This document shows positions 50,280-61,842 of a stretch of 64,000 nt of DNA, piece by piece; the first letter of the stretch is position 1, and each line of letters begins with the position of its first letter. The translations under genes and the position numbers were made by a program. The notes under the pieces are model-generated. The model made no database searches, was not told where the DNA came from, and was given only the letters and a program-made list of their open reading frames with translations. The stretch covers positions 3,846,001 to 3,910,000 of the forward strand of contig MU058687.1 in the NCBI GenBank assembly GCA_013265495.1. Reading direction: 5' to 3'. The DNA is from Vicugna vicugna. Lineage: Eukaryota.

Positions 50280-50480
50280 ACCAAGAACGAGCTTTAGAAT
50301 CGGACATATCTGAGTTCTAGTCCCAGATGTGCCAAGTGCAGTTTATGGGACCTTAGCAAATTCCTTATGTCTCTGACCTGTCATTATTCATTAAAAAGCA
50401 AAATAAAACGGGTGATGGGTGTGGGCATTGAGAGAATCCACATTTCCGAATCGTTGTAAGGAATAAAGAGAGTAACACTG
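50280..50480 (+). mobile_element. MIR SINE
   Basis: gctttagaatcggacatatctgagttctagtccca...gaccttagcaaatt. Confidence 0.7.
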
Positions 50481-51159
50481 GAGAAGTCACATTGCACAGG
50501 GTCTGACTCTTGATCTGTGCTCTATAAGTGTGGTTCTGTTCTGTGCCCTGCTTTGCCTTCCACAACAGACTGAAATGAGAAGCAAAATCAAAGAGCTTGG
50601 AACCAGGACAGCCTAAGCCCAAGTTGTGGAACGTGCGAAGTTTGGAACATTTCACTTCTTTCATACTTTCTTCCTCTGTGGTTATCCATAGCTCACATAC
50701 ATGATTCTCCCAGAAAAGACTGGAATGATCTAACTGATACTGCAGCAGATGGGACATAACGCACGTCTTCTTCTGGTAGACATTTGTATTCTGAGTCCTG
50801 CCCGGGCAAATACAGGGCACTCCTTAAGCCAAGATAGCAGCATTTTATGCAGGCTAGTATCTAGATGGGGAAGTTGTTTTTAGATTAGACGTTTTCCACT
50901 TTAGCTACTCTTAGGACTGGCCTTATCTTGCAGGCATCAGAATGGGATTGTGCATTAGCTCAACTGGACATTTTCCTCTAAAGTTATGCAGTGTTTTCCT
51001 TCCCACGTTTCTCCATCAAGTTGAGGAAAACAGTGGAAATCTAGTAAACTATGGACTGCCTGCTCAGGAAAAGACTTACAGATGATGCCGGGGAAGGCAT
51101 CCCAACAATTATTAAAATCCTCCTCTGTGATATAATAAAAACAGTCAATGTTTTAAAAA

Positions 51160-51600
51160 TATTTTGCCCAGTTCTCAAGTGCACAATCTCATTTAATCTT
51201 CACTATATCTGGTGATGTAGTTACTATTATTACTATGCTATTATTATAGCTTAGTGATTAAGAGGAAAGAATCTGGAGCCAGATTACCTGATTCAAATCT
51301 CTGCTCACTAGTCACTAGGAGCAGGGACTCAGGCAAACTAATTCTATGGGCCTCAATCTTCTTATACTTAAGGTAGGTACTTAAATAGAGGTAGTTCTGC
51401 TGGAGCTGTTTGGAGCCTTTAGCAACTCCACACGTGCAAAGTGTGTACAAGAGCACCTGGCTGTTACTATCCCCATTTAGCATCTGAGAACACTGAGGAT
51501 AAGAGGAGGGGGAGTGATTGTCTTGACAACACCCAGCTGGGGTGATAGATACAGGTCAAAAATCCATGTCTTATGACTCCCAGTCTAGTACTGTTTCCCT
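51160..51600. mobile_element. Nested/adjacent MIRs in both orientations
   Basis: tctggagccagattacctgattcaaatc (+); ccccatttagcatctgagaacactgagg...tgactccca (-). Confidence 0.7.
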
Positions 51601-52697
51601 GCTCCGAGGAAGATGTGCAGGATCGTTTGTATTCCTCACATTATCATCTTCCTTGACAGCTGTCAGTCATAAGTAACGGTGTCTCAGAATGGCTGAAAAC
51701 CTTGGTGAGAATAATTGAAGAGTTGATGCTTGTTTATAATTAGACTCTCATCCCCATAAATGTGGAGAAAAAACTTTCCTCACAAGTGGAGGTCAATTTA
51801 TACGTCCACCCCAGCTTGGCCGCTGTGGCTTGAGCAGTGGTTAGTGGGCTTATCTAAGGAGTGTCACTGGGGCCAATGCCCAGGCTAAGGACCTAGTGGT
51901 ACTGGATGCCACTAGGCCAGGTCCAGAGAGGCTTTGCTGCTAGGTGGAAACCCCAGGAAAAGAGTCAACTGGTGTGGTGAGCATAGGTCAGGCTCTGAGT
52001 TTCCATTAGGAAAAAAAATAAACAGCTACTTCTCAGAATATGGTAACTCACCATTGATGGCATCAGGATAGAAAGTGGAGTGAAAGTTATACTTCCTGAA
52101 GAGTTTTTCCTAGAGTGACCTAGAGTAAAGCTTTAGTAGACCAAGTCCAGTAAGGCCCCATGAGTTTCAGATGAAGAGGGTGGGGCCAGAGGGGAGGGTG
52201 TTACCAAGGAGTCCACTTTTGCCCTCCCCCCCATTTCTCCATACCTCCCCTGACGATATGCCTACACTTCTCTCCTTAGGGATTTATTATTGTGGGCATT
52301 GCTAGTGTTGGTTTTTTTTTGTGAGTATTCAATTAAATATCCAATATCCCCAAGAGGGCAATATATTATACTAAATCATGTAGTCTCTTATACAGAAGTC
52401 TGTTCCTTCCTATTTGGATGCAGCAGACAGATAGATACTTTAATCCAGTTCAGAGATGGAATACAGGCAATGTGCCCTGGGAGGAGTGAGGGCAGACAAT
52501 CTTTGCTGTTCACCATTTTGCCAAGGGCCAGCCTACTTGGTGCCTTTGTGCTTAGCAGAGAGCTGTTAGAAGAAGGTCTGACTGAAGGCAAGTTAGTGCA
52601 GGAAGCTGTGATCCAGCATAAGAAAGCACCCCACTCAACCAAGATAATAGAGTTTGTCCTCCTTTCTTTCTTCCATTCTAAGATAGAGCATCCCACT

Positions 52698-53143
52698 TGA
52701 TATGGGTTGAATGTATTCTCCCAGAAGATGCTCAAGTGCTAACCCCTAGAACCTGTGAATGTGACCCTTATTTGGCAGTACGGTCTTTGCAGATGACTGA
52801 GTTAAGATGAGGTCATTGGGGGTTGTCCTAGTCCAATATGACTGGCATTCTTATAAAAAGGGGATTTTTGGATGCAGAGGCAGACATGCACACAGGGAGA
52901 ATGCCACGTGAAACTGAAGACAGAGATTCGAGTAATGCATCTACTGGCCAAGGAATGCCAACCATTGCCAGTGTACTGCCAGACGTTAGGAGAGAGGCAA
53001 AGAACAGATTCTCCTTTACAGCCCTCAGGAGGAGCCTAGCCTGACAACACCTTGACCTTAGGCTTTTAGTTTCCAGAGCTGTTGAGACAGAAGTGCCACC
53101 CAGTTTGTGTACCTTGTTATGGTAGCCTTAGCACACTAGGACA
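52698..53143 (+). mobile_element. MaLR solo LTR (MLT1C-like)
   Basis: tgatatgggttgaatg...tgtgaatgtgacccttatttgg...gttaagatgaggtcat...gccaaggaatgccaa...tgttatggtagccttagcacactaggaca. Confidence 0.92.
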
Positions 53144-53179
53144 CCTCCGGACTAAAATAATTAAGAGTTTGTCCTTCCT

Positions 53180-54010
53180 TCTTGCAGTAAATATTCAGTG
53201 ATTACCTACTGTGTGCCAGGCACAGTGCCAAGTTCTGGAAATGGTATCTGAAAGATCACAGACCAGCAGGGGCATAGGTGAGTAAACAGGCCTTTCTTGG
53301 TAGTAGGATAAGTATTTGATGTCAGTTCTACCCTCTAACCTGTTGGCTCTCAACCATGGCCCTATGCTAGACCCTCTTGAGAACTTAACAAAAAACAAAA
53401 GACTTACATCCAGTCTCCACTCCCAGACATTTTGATCTAATTGGCCTGGGGTGGGAACAAGGCAAGAGTATTTTATTTAATTCCAAAGACTTCTATTGTT
53501 GAGAACTACTGTTTTAAAATATACCCATTATCAGGGTCCCACTCCAGACCAATTAAATTGAAATGATCATGATGGTTTTAAAAAGCTTCCCAGGAGATTC
53601 TAATATGTAGCCAGGTTTGAAAACCACTCTCTTCTGTGAAGATAAGTATTTTGTCTGTCTTGTTTAATGTCATATCCTTTCCACAGTGCTTAGCTCAAAG
53701 AAGGCAATCAGTGAATAGTTGTGAAGTCAGGATCTCTAACAAGAAAAGTGTAAGATGCCATTGGTGCAGAGAAGGTGAGTGCTCAGGGCAGCTGTGGGAG
53801 AGCTGATCCCAAAGGATAAGTCAGTTTTGTCAGACAAGGAGGAGAAAGAATGTTTCTGGCAGAGGGACAGTGTGTACACATGGTCGAGGAGCCGGACATG
53901 GCTGAGTGTGGCTGGAGTCATCTGTAGGTGGTGAGAGGTAAGGCTGGAAGGGTCACAAGGGCTGGGTCATGAGGAGCCTTGTAAGCCATAAGAAGACTGG
54001 GGTCTGCCAG
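53180..54010. mobile_element. Mosaic of L2 fragments and MER5-like pieces
   Basis: cagtaaatattcagtgattacctactgtgtgccaggcacagtg (L2, -); cagggtcccactccagacc...ttcccaggagattctaatatgtagcca (MER5); ggtcatgaggagccttgtaagccat (L2, -). Confidence 0.65.
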
Positions 54011-55652
54011 AGGCTTATTTGGCTTGGTGGCATAGCCATGGCTCTCAAGGCTGATTTTTGTTCTCTTGGCCTTGGTGCACACACAGGTCCAAATGTGGGC
54101 TCAGAAACGTCCACTTTTTCTCTTTGAAGACAGAGTCCAGACAGGATGTGTGTCCTGGGACCCAAGGTTGCAGGCCCAGCTCACAAGAGGAGCATTGCAT
54201 CATGTCCCTAACTGTGACCCTAAGACTTAGGAACCAGATGTTCCCAGCACTCTTTCCATGTGGTCACATCTCGGGTGGACCCTGGGACAGCTTTCACTCC
54301 CTCCTTTCGCATTCTTCCCAATGTTCATCTTAATCCGATTTTACCTGGATGAGCACAAGGGAGTGCAGGTGGAGAAGGTTCAGTGTGATTCCCTCAGCCA
54401 CCCTGGAGGAGGGCCCGTCACCTGACGGGTTGATAGCTGAGGGAGGGACCAAACCTGCCGTCCTGGAGGTTTGTTTCCTGCGTGTAGCGTCCTTTGGGTG
54501 TTTGCTTGTCCGAGCTGCGCTGTTGCCAGCAATGCCCAATTTAGTACTCTCTGCAGATTACATTAACAGCCTGCCTGCTCCACTCTGAGTCCTTAACGAA
54601 GATGTTAAATAAAATTTGACGTTATTATTGCCTTTTGTACAGCATTTCATATTTACCAAGTGCCTGTTGAACATTTTTATTCTTTTCCAAGCAATAGCCC
54701 CACAAAGTCCATTAGTACTGCTGCCCCCATTCTACAGAGAAGGCCCCTGGGGGTTCACTGATTTGTCGAGAGCCCCTGGCCGGCCACCCCCTATCTCCAG
54801 GAGGACTGTTCTCCCTCCTTCTGCCCAGATCCCAACTCACAGAGCTACACTAGCTTCTCAGGGGCCCGTCTGACCCCTCATGCCCTCCCTCCAAGTTGCT
54901 TCACTCTAAATATTACTCCTCTTCTCCGGTCTCATGGTTTTGTGTTTCAGTTCAGGAAAGCCTTGGTCTTCTCTTAGTCAATTTGAATGAATTTGCAAGT
55001 CCAGTTTCCTGATGGGCGTCAAATGTCTTGCTGAACGTCCAAACACAGAGTTCAGCAGGGCAGCCGTGTTTCCTGCTGTCCCTTTCCAGAGGCCTGTCAG
55101 TGGCGCTGTGAATGTATCTGGCAGGATCCATCCTTCGTAAACATCACAGGGCAAACGGCTCTGTTGTCTTTGTACACGTGACAACTTTCCCCTCTTACTG
55201 TAGGAGACCTCAAATGCGAGGCTCCTAGTAACAGCATCTCTGTAAGAACTGGGAGGGAAAATAAACCTCAAAAAGGAAGGCACAGGAAGCGGCTCAGGTT
55301 GGCTTCCCCAGGCTCGTCAGAGCCGCTGAATAAGGCATATTAATAGGTTTGCTTAGCTCTAGCGCCTTGGTTTTCTCATGTTAAATGGGGACATTGATAA
55401 AAATGCGAGTATGTAAAGGGTTTTCTGCTTTAATTACTCAAGAGTTTGGGGTGGACTTTTTACAGTACTGTTTTTGACTTCACACTTTTAAAATCTACCT
55501 TACAATAGTTTTCTCCCTCTCCCATGCTAATCTATCTTCATGTTGCCTTCTCTGTACTACTCCATTTCTATCGCATTCTTTTTCTGGCTGACTTTTCCTT
55601 TCTTACTGTCTCTCGCATTTTCATTCATTTTTTCCCTCTCCTTCTGCTACTG

Positions 55653-55991
55653 CACTAAATGTCATTGCCCTCTTGTTCTGCCCTCCTCTCAGCCTGGGGA
55701 AGGGCCTGTGCTGTTTCTGATGGGGTCATCCCCCAGGATAGCCTTTCCTCCTTAGCCCCCGTGGGATCACTTCCTGTAAGTGCATGGTGGCGGATTTATG
55801 GTGCAGTGTGGGACATCTGGGGAGGGGGCTCTTGGTGAAAAGACCCAGCACCTCTTCACATTGGGCGAAAGGGTTGTGGGGTGTGGTGAGGTTATGGATA
55901 ACCGAGGGGACTGTGGATGCTTTGATTCAAGAAGCTGCTTTCTGGTCTGGAGCAGGTGAAACTGACAGTACAGAAAAAGGTCAAAATAGGG
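55653..55991 (+). repeat. Dispersed direct repeat, copy 1 (~340 bp)
   Basis: Aligns by eye to 58724-59068 at roughly 85-90% identity; shared translation SSQPGEGP.LFLMGSSPRIAFPP in the ORF track. Confidence 0.95.
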
Positions 55992-56111
55992 TTTGGCAAC
56001 ACATTACAGTGAATGGAAAAAATGTTGAACTGAGAATTATGTAAAGTCAGAAGCTGTGAAGAGTCTGAGACTACAGTCTACTTGTAAACCAAGAAGTTAG
56101 TGTGCCACAGT

Positions 56112-56230
56112 TATATATGTGTGTGTAATTCTATACACATATGTGATAAATATGTGTATTTGTGTGTATATACATATATACTATATACACACAAGTGAAT
56201 ATATACACACACCTATGTGTATAAACACAC
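56112..56230. repeat. Low-complexity (TA/TG/CA) tract with a 13-bp inverted repeat
   Basis: ttgtgtgtatata 56160-56172 and tatatacacacaa 56182-56194. Confidence 0.8.
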
Positions 56231-57159
56231 AGTATTGTCAGTAGATACACTGACAGAAGACGCAAGATCTGGGTTAGAAACTAAAAATATTGGGTGCTTA
56301 TGGCAAAAGCGGCAACAAGAGCAGCCTCTCGCCTCATTTCTCTGAGTCCACTTTCCGCAGGGTGTTCCAGGTTGGGGAGGGGGAGATGAAGCCCGCACGT
56401 GCAGTGAGGTGTGTCAAGGAGAAGATCCCCTCCCCTGTAGGAAACTAGTGCTCTCCAGGAGCGCTGCTGACCTGCTCCTGGAGAGAGAGAACTGCACTCT
56501 GGAATGTAAGCCAGTCTTCTTGGAGATGGAGAGATACCTTGGTCTCCTGGGATTGCTCTGGGGAGGGAGGTGTTCTCTGTCTTTGTTTACTGGTGAAACC
56601 TATCTGCCTCCAGACCTGGAGAGAGACACTCTGTTAGCTTCCAAGGATGTTTTACTACACAAACACTCTTGAAAAGATTGTTCTGGTACCCTTTGTCCAG
56701 TCCGTGCAGAAAAGTGAGAAATTCATGGAGAACTGACTCCTTAGGAAGACCCTCAGGTACAAAATGAGGGGCTTAGACAGCTTTAGAGCCATGGAAAATG
56801 TAGGCTGTGTGCACCACCACCAACTAAATCTCTGCGCAGACGGCCATCACTAGTCAGTTGTGGTTTTCTGGCGCCCCGCCCCCGGCGGTCTCTGCTGGGC
56901 TGATTGTTTCCTGCCTGACTTGAGCTGTGTAAACCTGTGTTCTTCACATTTCCTCCTTTGTTCCATTTTCCTCCTTTTGCGAATCTGTGTATGTATTCCT
57001 CTCTCTATATATAAAGGGAGAGGAGAACATATCTTTTGAGGTAATATGTGGTCTGAGATTTTCATATGAGGCAAGTTCCTAATCCTACCAAACAACATTC
57101 ATAGTTTAATCTTTTTTTTTTTTCTGGCTCTCATGCTTTTCCTTATTACTGGGAATATT

Positions 57160-57970
57160 ATTAGTTTTTAAATTGAGGTATAGTTTATTTACAATATTAT
57201 GTAAGTTTCAGGTACACAACATAGTTATTCACAATTTTTAAGGGTTATACTCCATTTATAGTTATTATAAAGTATTTATTATCTTCCCTATGCTGTACAA
57301 TATATCCTTGTAGCTTATTTATTTTGTATATAGTAGTATGTACCTCTTAGTCCCCTACCTCTGTCTTGTCCCTCCCCGCTTCCTTCTCCCCACTGGTAAC
57401 CACTAGTCTGTTCTCTGTCTGTGAATCTGTTTCTTTTTTGTTATATACTACTAGTTTGTTTATTTTTTAGATTCCACATATAAGTGATATCATATAGTAT
57501 TTGTCTTTCTCCATCTGACTTATTTCACTTAGCATAATACCCCCAAGTTCATCCATGTTGTTTCAAATGGCAAAATTTCATTCTTTTTTATGGCTGAGTA
57601 GTATTCCAGTGTGTGTATATGTGTGTGTGTGTATCACATCTTCTTTATCCATTCATCTGTTGATGGACACTTACTTTCCTTCCATGCCTTGGCTATTGTA
57701 AATAAGGCTGCTGTGAACCTTAAGGTGCATTATCTTTTCAAATTAATATTTTCATTTGCTTTGGATATACATCCAGGTATGGAATTACCAGATTATATGG
57801 TAATTCTATTTTTAGTTTTTTAAGAAACCTCCATATTGTTTTTCATAGTGACTGCACCAATTTACCTTCCTACCAACAGTTTACAAGGGTTCTCTTTTCT
57901 CCACATCCTCTGCAACATTTGTTATTTGTGTTCTTTTTGATGATAGCCATTCTGACAGGTGTGAGATGAT
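57160..57970 (-). mobile_element. 5'-truncated L1 3' fragment (cetartiodactyl-type)
   Basis: aattgaggtatagtt...tttcaggtacacaacatag...ttagattccacatataagtgatatcata...tggctgagtagtattcca...gatagccattctgacaggtgtgag. Confidence 0.93.
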
Positions 57971-58499
57971 ACTGGGGTCAGAATTTAATCCTTAATCCAT
58001 AAGAATTTAAGCTATTAATATGGAGATGCTTCTCTTCCAAACAGGGATTACAAGAAGAATGATTGTCCACTGTAACATCTTCTTCTCATCATTGGCTATG
58101 AAGCAAGTCCCCAGATTCCACTAGAGTGCTGTGTTGGAACCCTCTGACTACACAGAAAACCCTAAAGGAAGTATGGCACAGGGGAATGTGTACCTGGAGA
58201 AGGGAATCCTGCATCAGAGTAGATGCAGCCTTAGACTTCTTCCAGCTTTGAAATTGGGCCGTGATGCTCCCTGGCCCTTTGGAAGATGCCCCCTTTCCCT
58301 TTTAGTCAATTTGGACTCTACTCTCAGCATAGGCAGTCTCCCCCCTCTCATGTCCTATGCTTCAACTTCTCCATTTATTCAGTGGATAGATGTAGAGGTA
58401 TGTGGCTAATGCACTGGAGTTTCTGCTGCAGACCTGGTTACATCTTATTGTTGCTGAAATGAAAGATATTACAAGAATAATTGGAAAAGTATATGAACT

Positions 58500-58710
58500 T
58501 TGAGCAGGGCATCAAAAGATAGGGGATGCTGATTGGCTATGTGACCTTGGACTGGTTGTCTAACCTCTTTGTGCCTCGAGTATCCTTTCTTGAAAATGAA
58601 GAAGATAATGCCTTCTTGGCTGTCTTATCTCATGGGGATATTGGCTGAGCAAATGAGTTCATGTTCAGTGTATGAGGTGCTCAAAGGAAAGATGCTGGTT
58701 GAATGTAAAG
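58500..58710 (+). mobile_element. MIR SINE
   Basis: ctatgtgaccttgg...taacctctttgtgcctc...tgaaaatgaagaagataat. Confidence 0.75.
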
Positions 58711-58723
58711 TTTGCTTTCGCCT

Positions 58724-59068
58724 CACTAAAAATGTCATCACCCTCTTGTTCTATGCCTCCTCTCAGCCTGGGGAAGGGCCTCTGCTGTTTTTGATGGGGT
58801 CATCCCCTAGGATAGCCTTTCCTCCCTAGCCCCCATGGGATCACTTCCTATAAGTGCCTGGTGGAGGATTTATGGTGCAGTGTGGGATCTAGGGAGGGGG
58901 CTGATGGTGAAAAGAGCCAGCACCTCTTCACACTGTTATTGGGAGACAGGGTTGTGGGGTGTGGTGAGACTATGGATAACTGAGGGGACTGTGGATGCTT
59001 TGACTCAAGCAGCTAATTTTTGGTCTGGAGCAGGTGGTACTGAGAGTCCAGAAAGTGTCAAAATAGGG
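58724..59068 (+). repeat. Dispersed direct repeat, copy 2 (~345 bp)
   Basis: See 55653-55991; offset ~3.07 kb. Confidence 0.95.
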
Positions 59069-60329
59069 CTGGATATGTACCCAAATCAGGTATAATGAAA
59101 GGGCCATGGATTGGACTTGAGATTCTGTCCCTCTTGGGTCACCAATCAGTTGGTATGTGACTCATGCATTGAGAATATGCCTGGTGATCTGTGCTGTTGG
59201 GATTTTTTTCTTTTTGCATCCTGTGGACATCTGAAGATAAACCAGAAGTTTACCAGTGGACTAGCTACCAGCCTCCCTGCTCTTTTTCTTTCTAACTCCT
59301 TTCCCGCCCTTCCCCCACCAAATATTTATTTATACTCAGTTGTAACTGAAGATAAACATCTCTGAAATCAGGCCTGTTGGCATATGTCTAAACATGCTTT
59401 AACCAAGAGACAGTCACAGAAACATTTTTAAATATCCACAAACTAGCACATGGATTATCAAATCCTCATCACAAGGTTCAAATCGGGATTCTGACACTAA
59501 TGTTTTAGGACATTCTAGTGTCGATTAGCTTTTTTCCTGGTACAGCTCTCACGAATCTCATGTGTGTGCACGTGTATATGTAGCTATGTGAGATGCTTTG
59601 TTAATTAACATTACAAGGCTAAGCACTCGATGAAGAGGTGCTGGAGAAGTGTAGTGATCGTTAAAGAACTGTATAGAAACACTATCAGTAAAAGCTTTGT
59701 TGAAAGATGTAGATCTTTTTGCAGAGCCATGTTGCGGTCAAGCCTACTCCAGACATAGGGGCTTTGCTCTGCATGTCCCAGTGGCCACATGGATGTTCCT
59801 TTATTGTCTCCTCTTAGTGCAGAAAGGCTCTTGCAGAGATGCTTTGGATGAATAATTATGTGGCCGTGGCCAATATGCAGCTCATTCACATGGCTGTTCA
59901 CTCAGACTCTAGTCCTAGTTCGCATTCAGGTAATTCTGGTAATGGGACATTTGCCTCTCCCCTGGGGGACCATTTCCAGCATCTAGCCATCCAGCCATTT
60001 AGTCAGAGAACTGGGCCCTGATTTAAGGAGGGAAAGATGTATTTGTAGAGCTGTGGGGAAAAGAGAAATATGGATATGACACACTGACCTGTTTTAAGAA
60101 TGCAGGGTGGCTTCAAGGCTTTTGAATTTGTTTCTCCCAGCTGTCAGGGATAGCTGTGAGCTGTGACAACTGCTGAGGCCCAGATTCTAAAGGGTTTTTT
60201 TTCCGCCTCAGAAAATTTGTTTGGAAATCAGAGTAATTGAAGTGCACATTTCTAGGCCACTTCCTAAATAAAATCTGTACGTGTGTGAGACCTGATCTAA
60301 GATCCGTTTTTCTTCTGTCGAGCAGGCAG

Positions 60330-60505
60330 TGCTGTGGGGCTGGAGAGGACTGGGTCCCAGCGTCGACTTTGCACTTAACAGTTGTGTGATCTTTAAATTT
60401 CCTTCTAATAAAATGAGGAGAGTGATACTTTCCCCATGGACTTGCGTGGGAGATAAATGAGATAAAGCCCCAAGCGCCATGCCTGTTGCATGGTGCTCAG
60501 CACAT
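60330..60505 (+). mobile_element. MIR SINE
   Basis: taaaatgaggagagtgatac...taaatgagataaagccc...gcatggtgctca. Confidence 0.7.
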
Positions 60506-60655
60506 GGTCCTTTCTCTTTCTAGGAAGGAGGCTCAGCTTCCTGGTTCTCTGTAAAGCCTTCCCTGAATTCCCACTGGTCCCTTTGGATACCTCAATGATC
60601 CATGGACACCCTCCAGATGGGCGAGATACTATCAGTCTTCAAAATAGTCACCCTC

Positions 60656-60772
60656 AGAGGAGAGGGTATAGCTCAGTGGTAGAGTGTATGCTTAGCATGC
60701 ACGGGGTCTGAGGTTCAATCTCCAGTACCTCCATTAAAATAAACCTAATTACCTCCCCTCAACCTTAAAAAA
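60656..60772 (+). mobile_element. tRNA-Ala(AGC)-derived SINE, camelid vic-1 type, full length with TSD
   Basis: gggtatagctcagtggtagagtgtatgcttagcatgcacggggtctgaggttcaatctccagtacctcca + taaacctaattacctcccc + A-tail; A/B boxes; 15-bp TSD aaaa(t/c)agtcaccctc at 60641-60655 and 60773-60787. Confidence 0.93.
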
Positions 60773-61797
60773 AAAACAGTCACCCTCCCTCCTTTCTCTT
60801 GTAGAGACTGGGCACATACAGAGAAGCAGAAAAACAGATTTCCCTGGGTGGCTGTCACCAGGTGCCACATCAGTCTGTGTTTGCGGGTTTGCTTTGAAAA
60901 GCAGATGGGAGATTTGTCCACCTTTTAACATTCAGAACATTGGAGTTCAACATATGAGACAGGAGTAGTAATTGTACTATAAATTGACACAAACTGCAAT
61001 GAGAAAAGACCTTCTGTACTTCTGCTGCCTCAGACGGCACATCAGGATGTGCTAATTAAGGCATCTGTCTCTCTCCAGCTTCCATTATCAGATATCTTAA
61101 TTTATTTACTTATTAAAGCATAAGAGAAAAATTTGTGCTTTGTTGTTTTCCCCCTTTATTTTACCTTCATCACTTCACATTAGTGATCTTGGCAAAACGA
61201 ATAAATAAAATGACTGTAACTAAACATAGTTCCTATTTGGCAGGACACTTTCCTCCCCTCAGATTGGCAGTTCTTCTAATGACAATGACCTTGTAATTGA
61301 AAGCATAGCCTAGGGATGCTTGTTCTTTTGTTAAGAACTGCCTTGAATGCACGCAGTTTGAGCAATGACAATAACAAGGGTGGGCATCGGTGCCAGCTGA
61401 GCCAAGCTTTCCCCGCAGGTGGGGAGCAGGATGCTTTTCCCAGGGTAAAGTCTCATGGCCCCAGAATGTATCATGTGTCATGAATCTTCTCCTTTCAGTA
61501 ATCACCTGGAGTCAACACATTGCTTCTCTTCCAAATGGTACTGCGAGTCCCAGCCTACCCATCCAGAATTTGGCATTGATTTGAATCCTCTCTGATAGTC
61601 ATTCACTTATTAATTCATTCAACAAATTAGTAGAATGAATGAATGAAGGCTCTGGGAGATATAGCAGTGAACTAGATAGAAGCTGAGATGAACCTGGATG
61701 GGATGAGTGTCATGGGGGTCACTGGTCAGATTGGAGGGTTTGTTTGGAGAGAAAGTGGGGAATAAAGTTGGATGCATAAAGTCCCAAACTGCAGGTA

Positions 61798-61801
<4 letters not shown>

Positions 61802-61840
<39 letters not shown>
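61802..61840 (+). repeat. (TC)n microsatellite (~19 units)
   Basis: Read directly. Confidence 0.95.

Positions 61841-61842
<2 letters not shown>

Noticed and set aside
55997..56100. Protein-like C-terminus HITVNGKNVELRIM* (possible retrocopy fragment)
   Set aside because: No recognised homologue or splice acceptor, and the DNA resembles a decayed MIR 5' end.
56868..56890. CTCF motif
   Set aside because: The core spacing is one base short of the consensus; it reads better as a GC box.
55653..59068. Paired LTRs of a novel endogenous retrovirus
   Set aside because: No clear TG...CA termini, polyA signal, PBS, PPT, TSD or internal gag/pol remnants; the interval contains an L1, a MIR and unique DNA.
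60661..60733. tRNA-Ala(AGC) gene
   Set aside because: The stems are disrupted by substitutions, and it has a SINE tail, poly(A) and TSD, so it is a SINE and not a functional tRNA.
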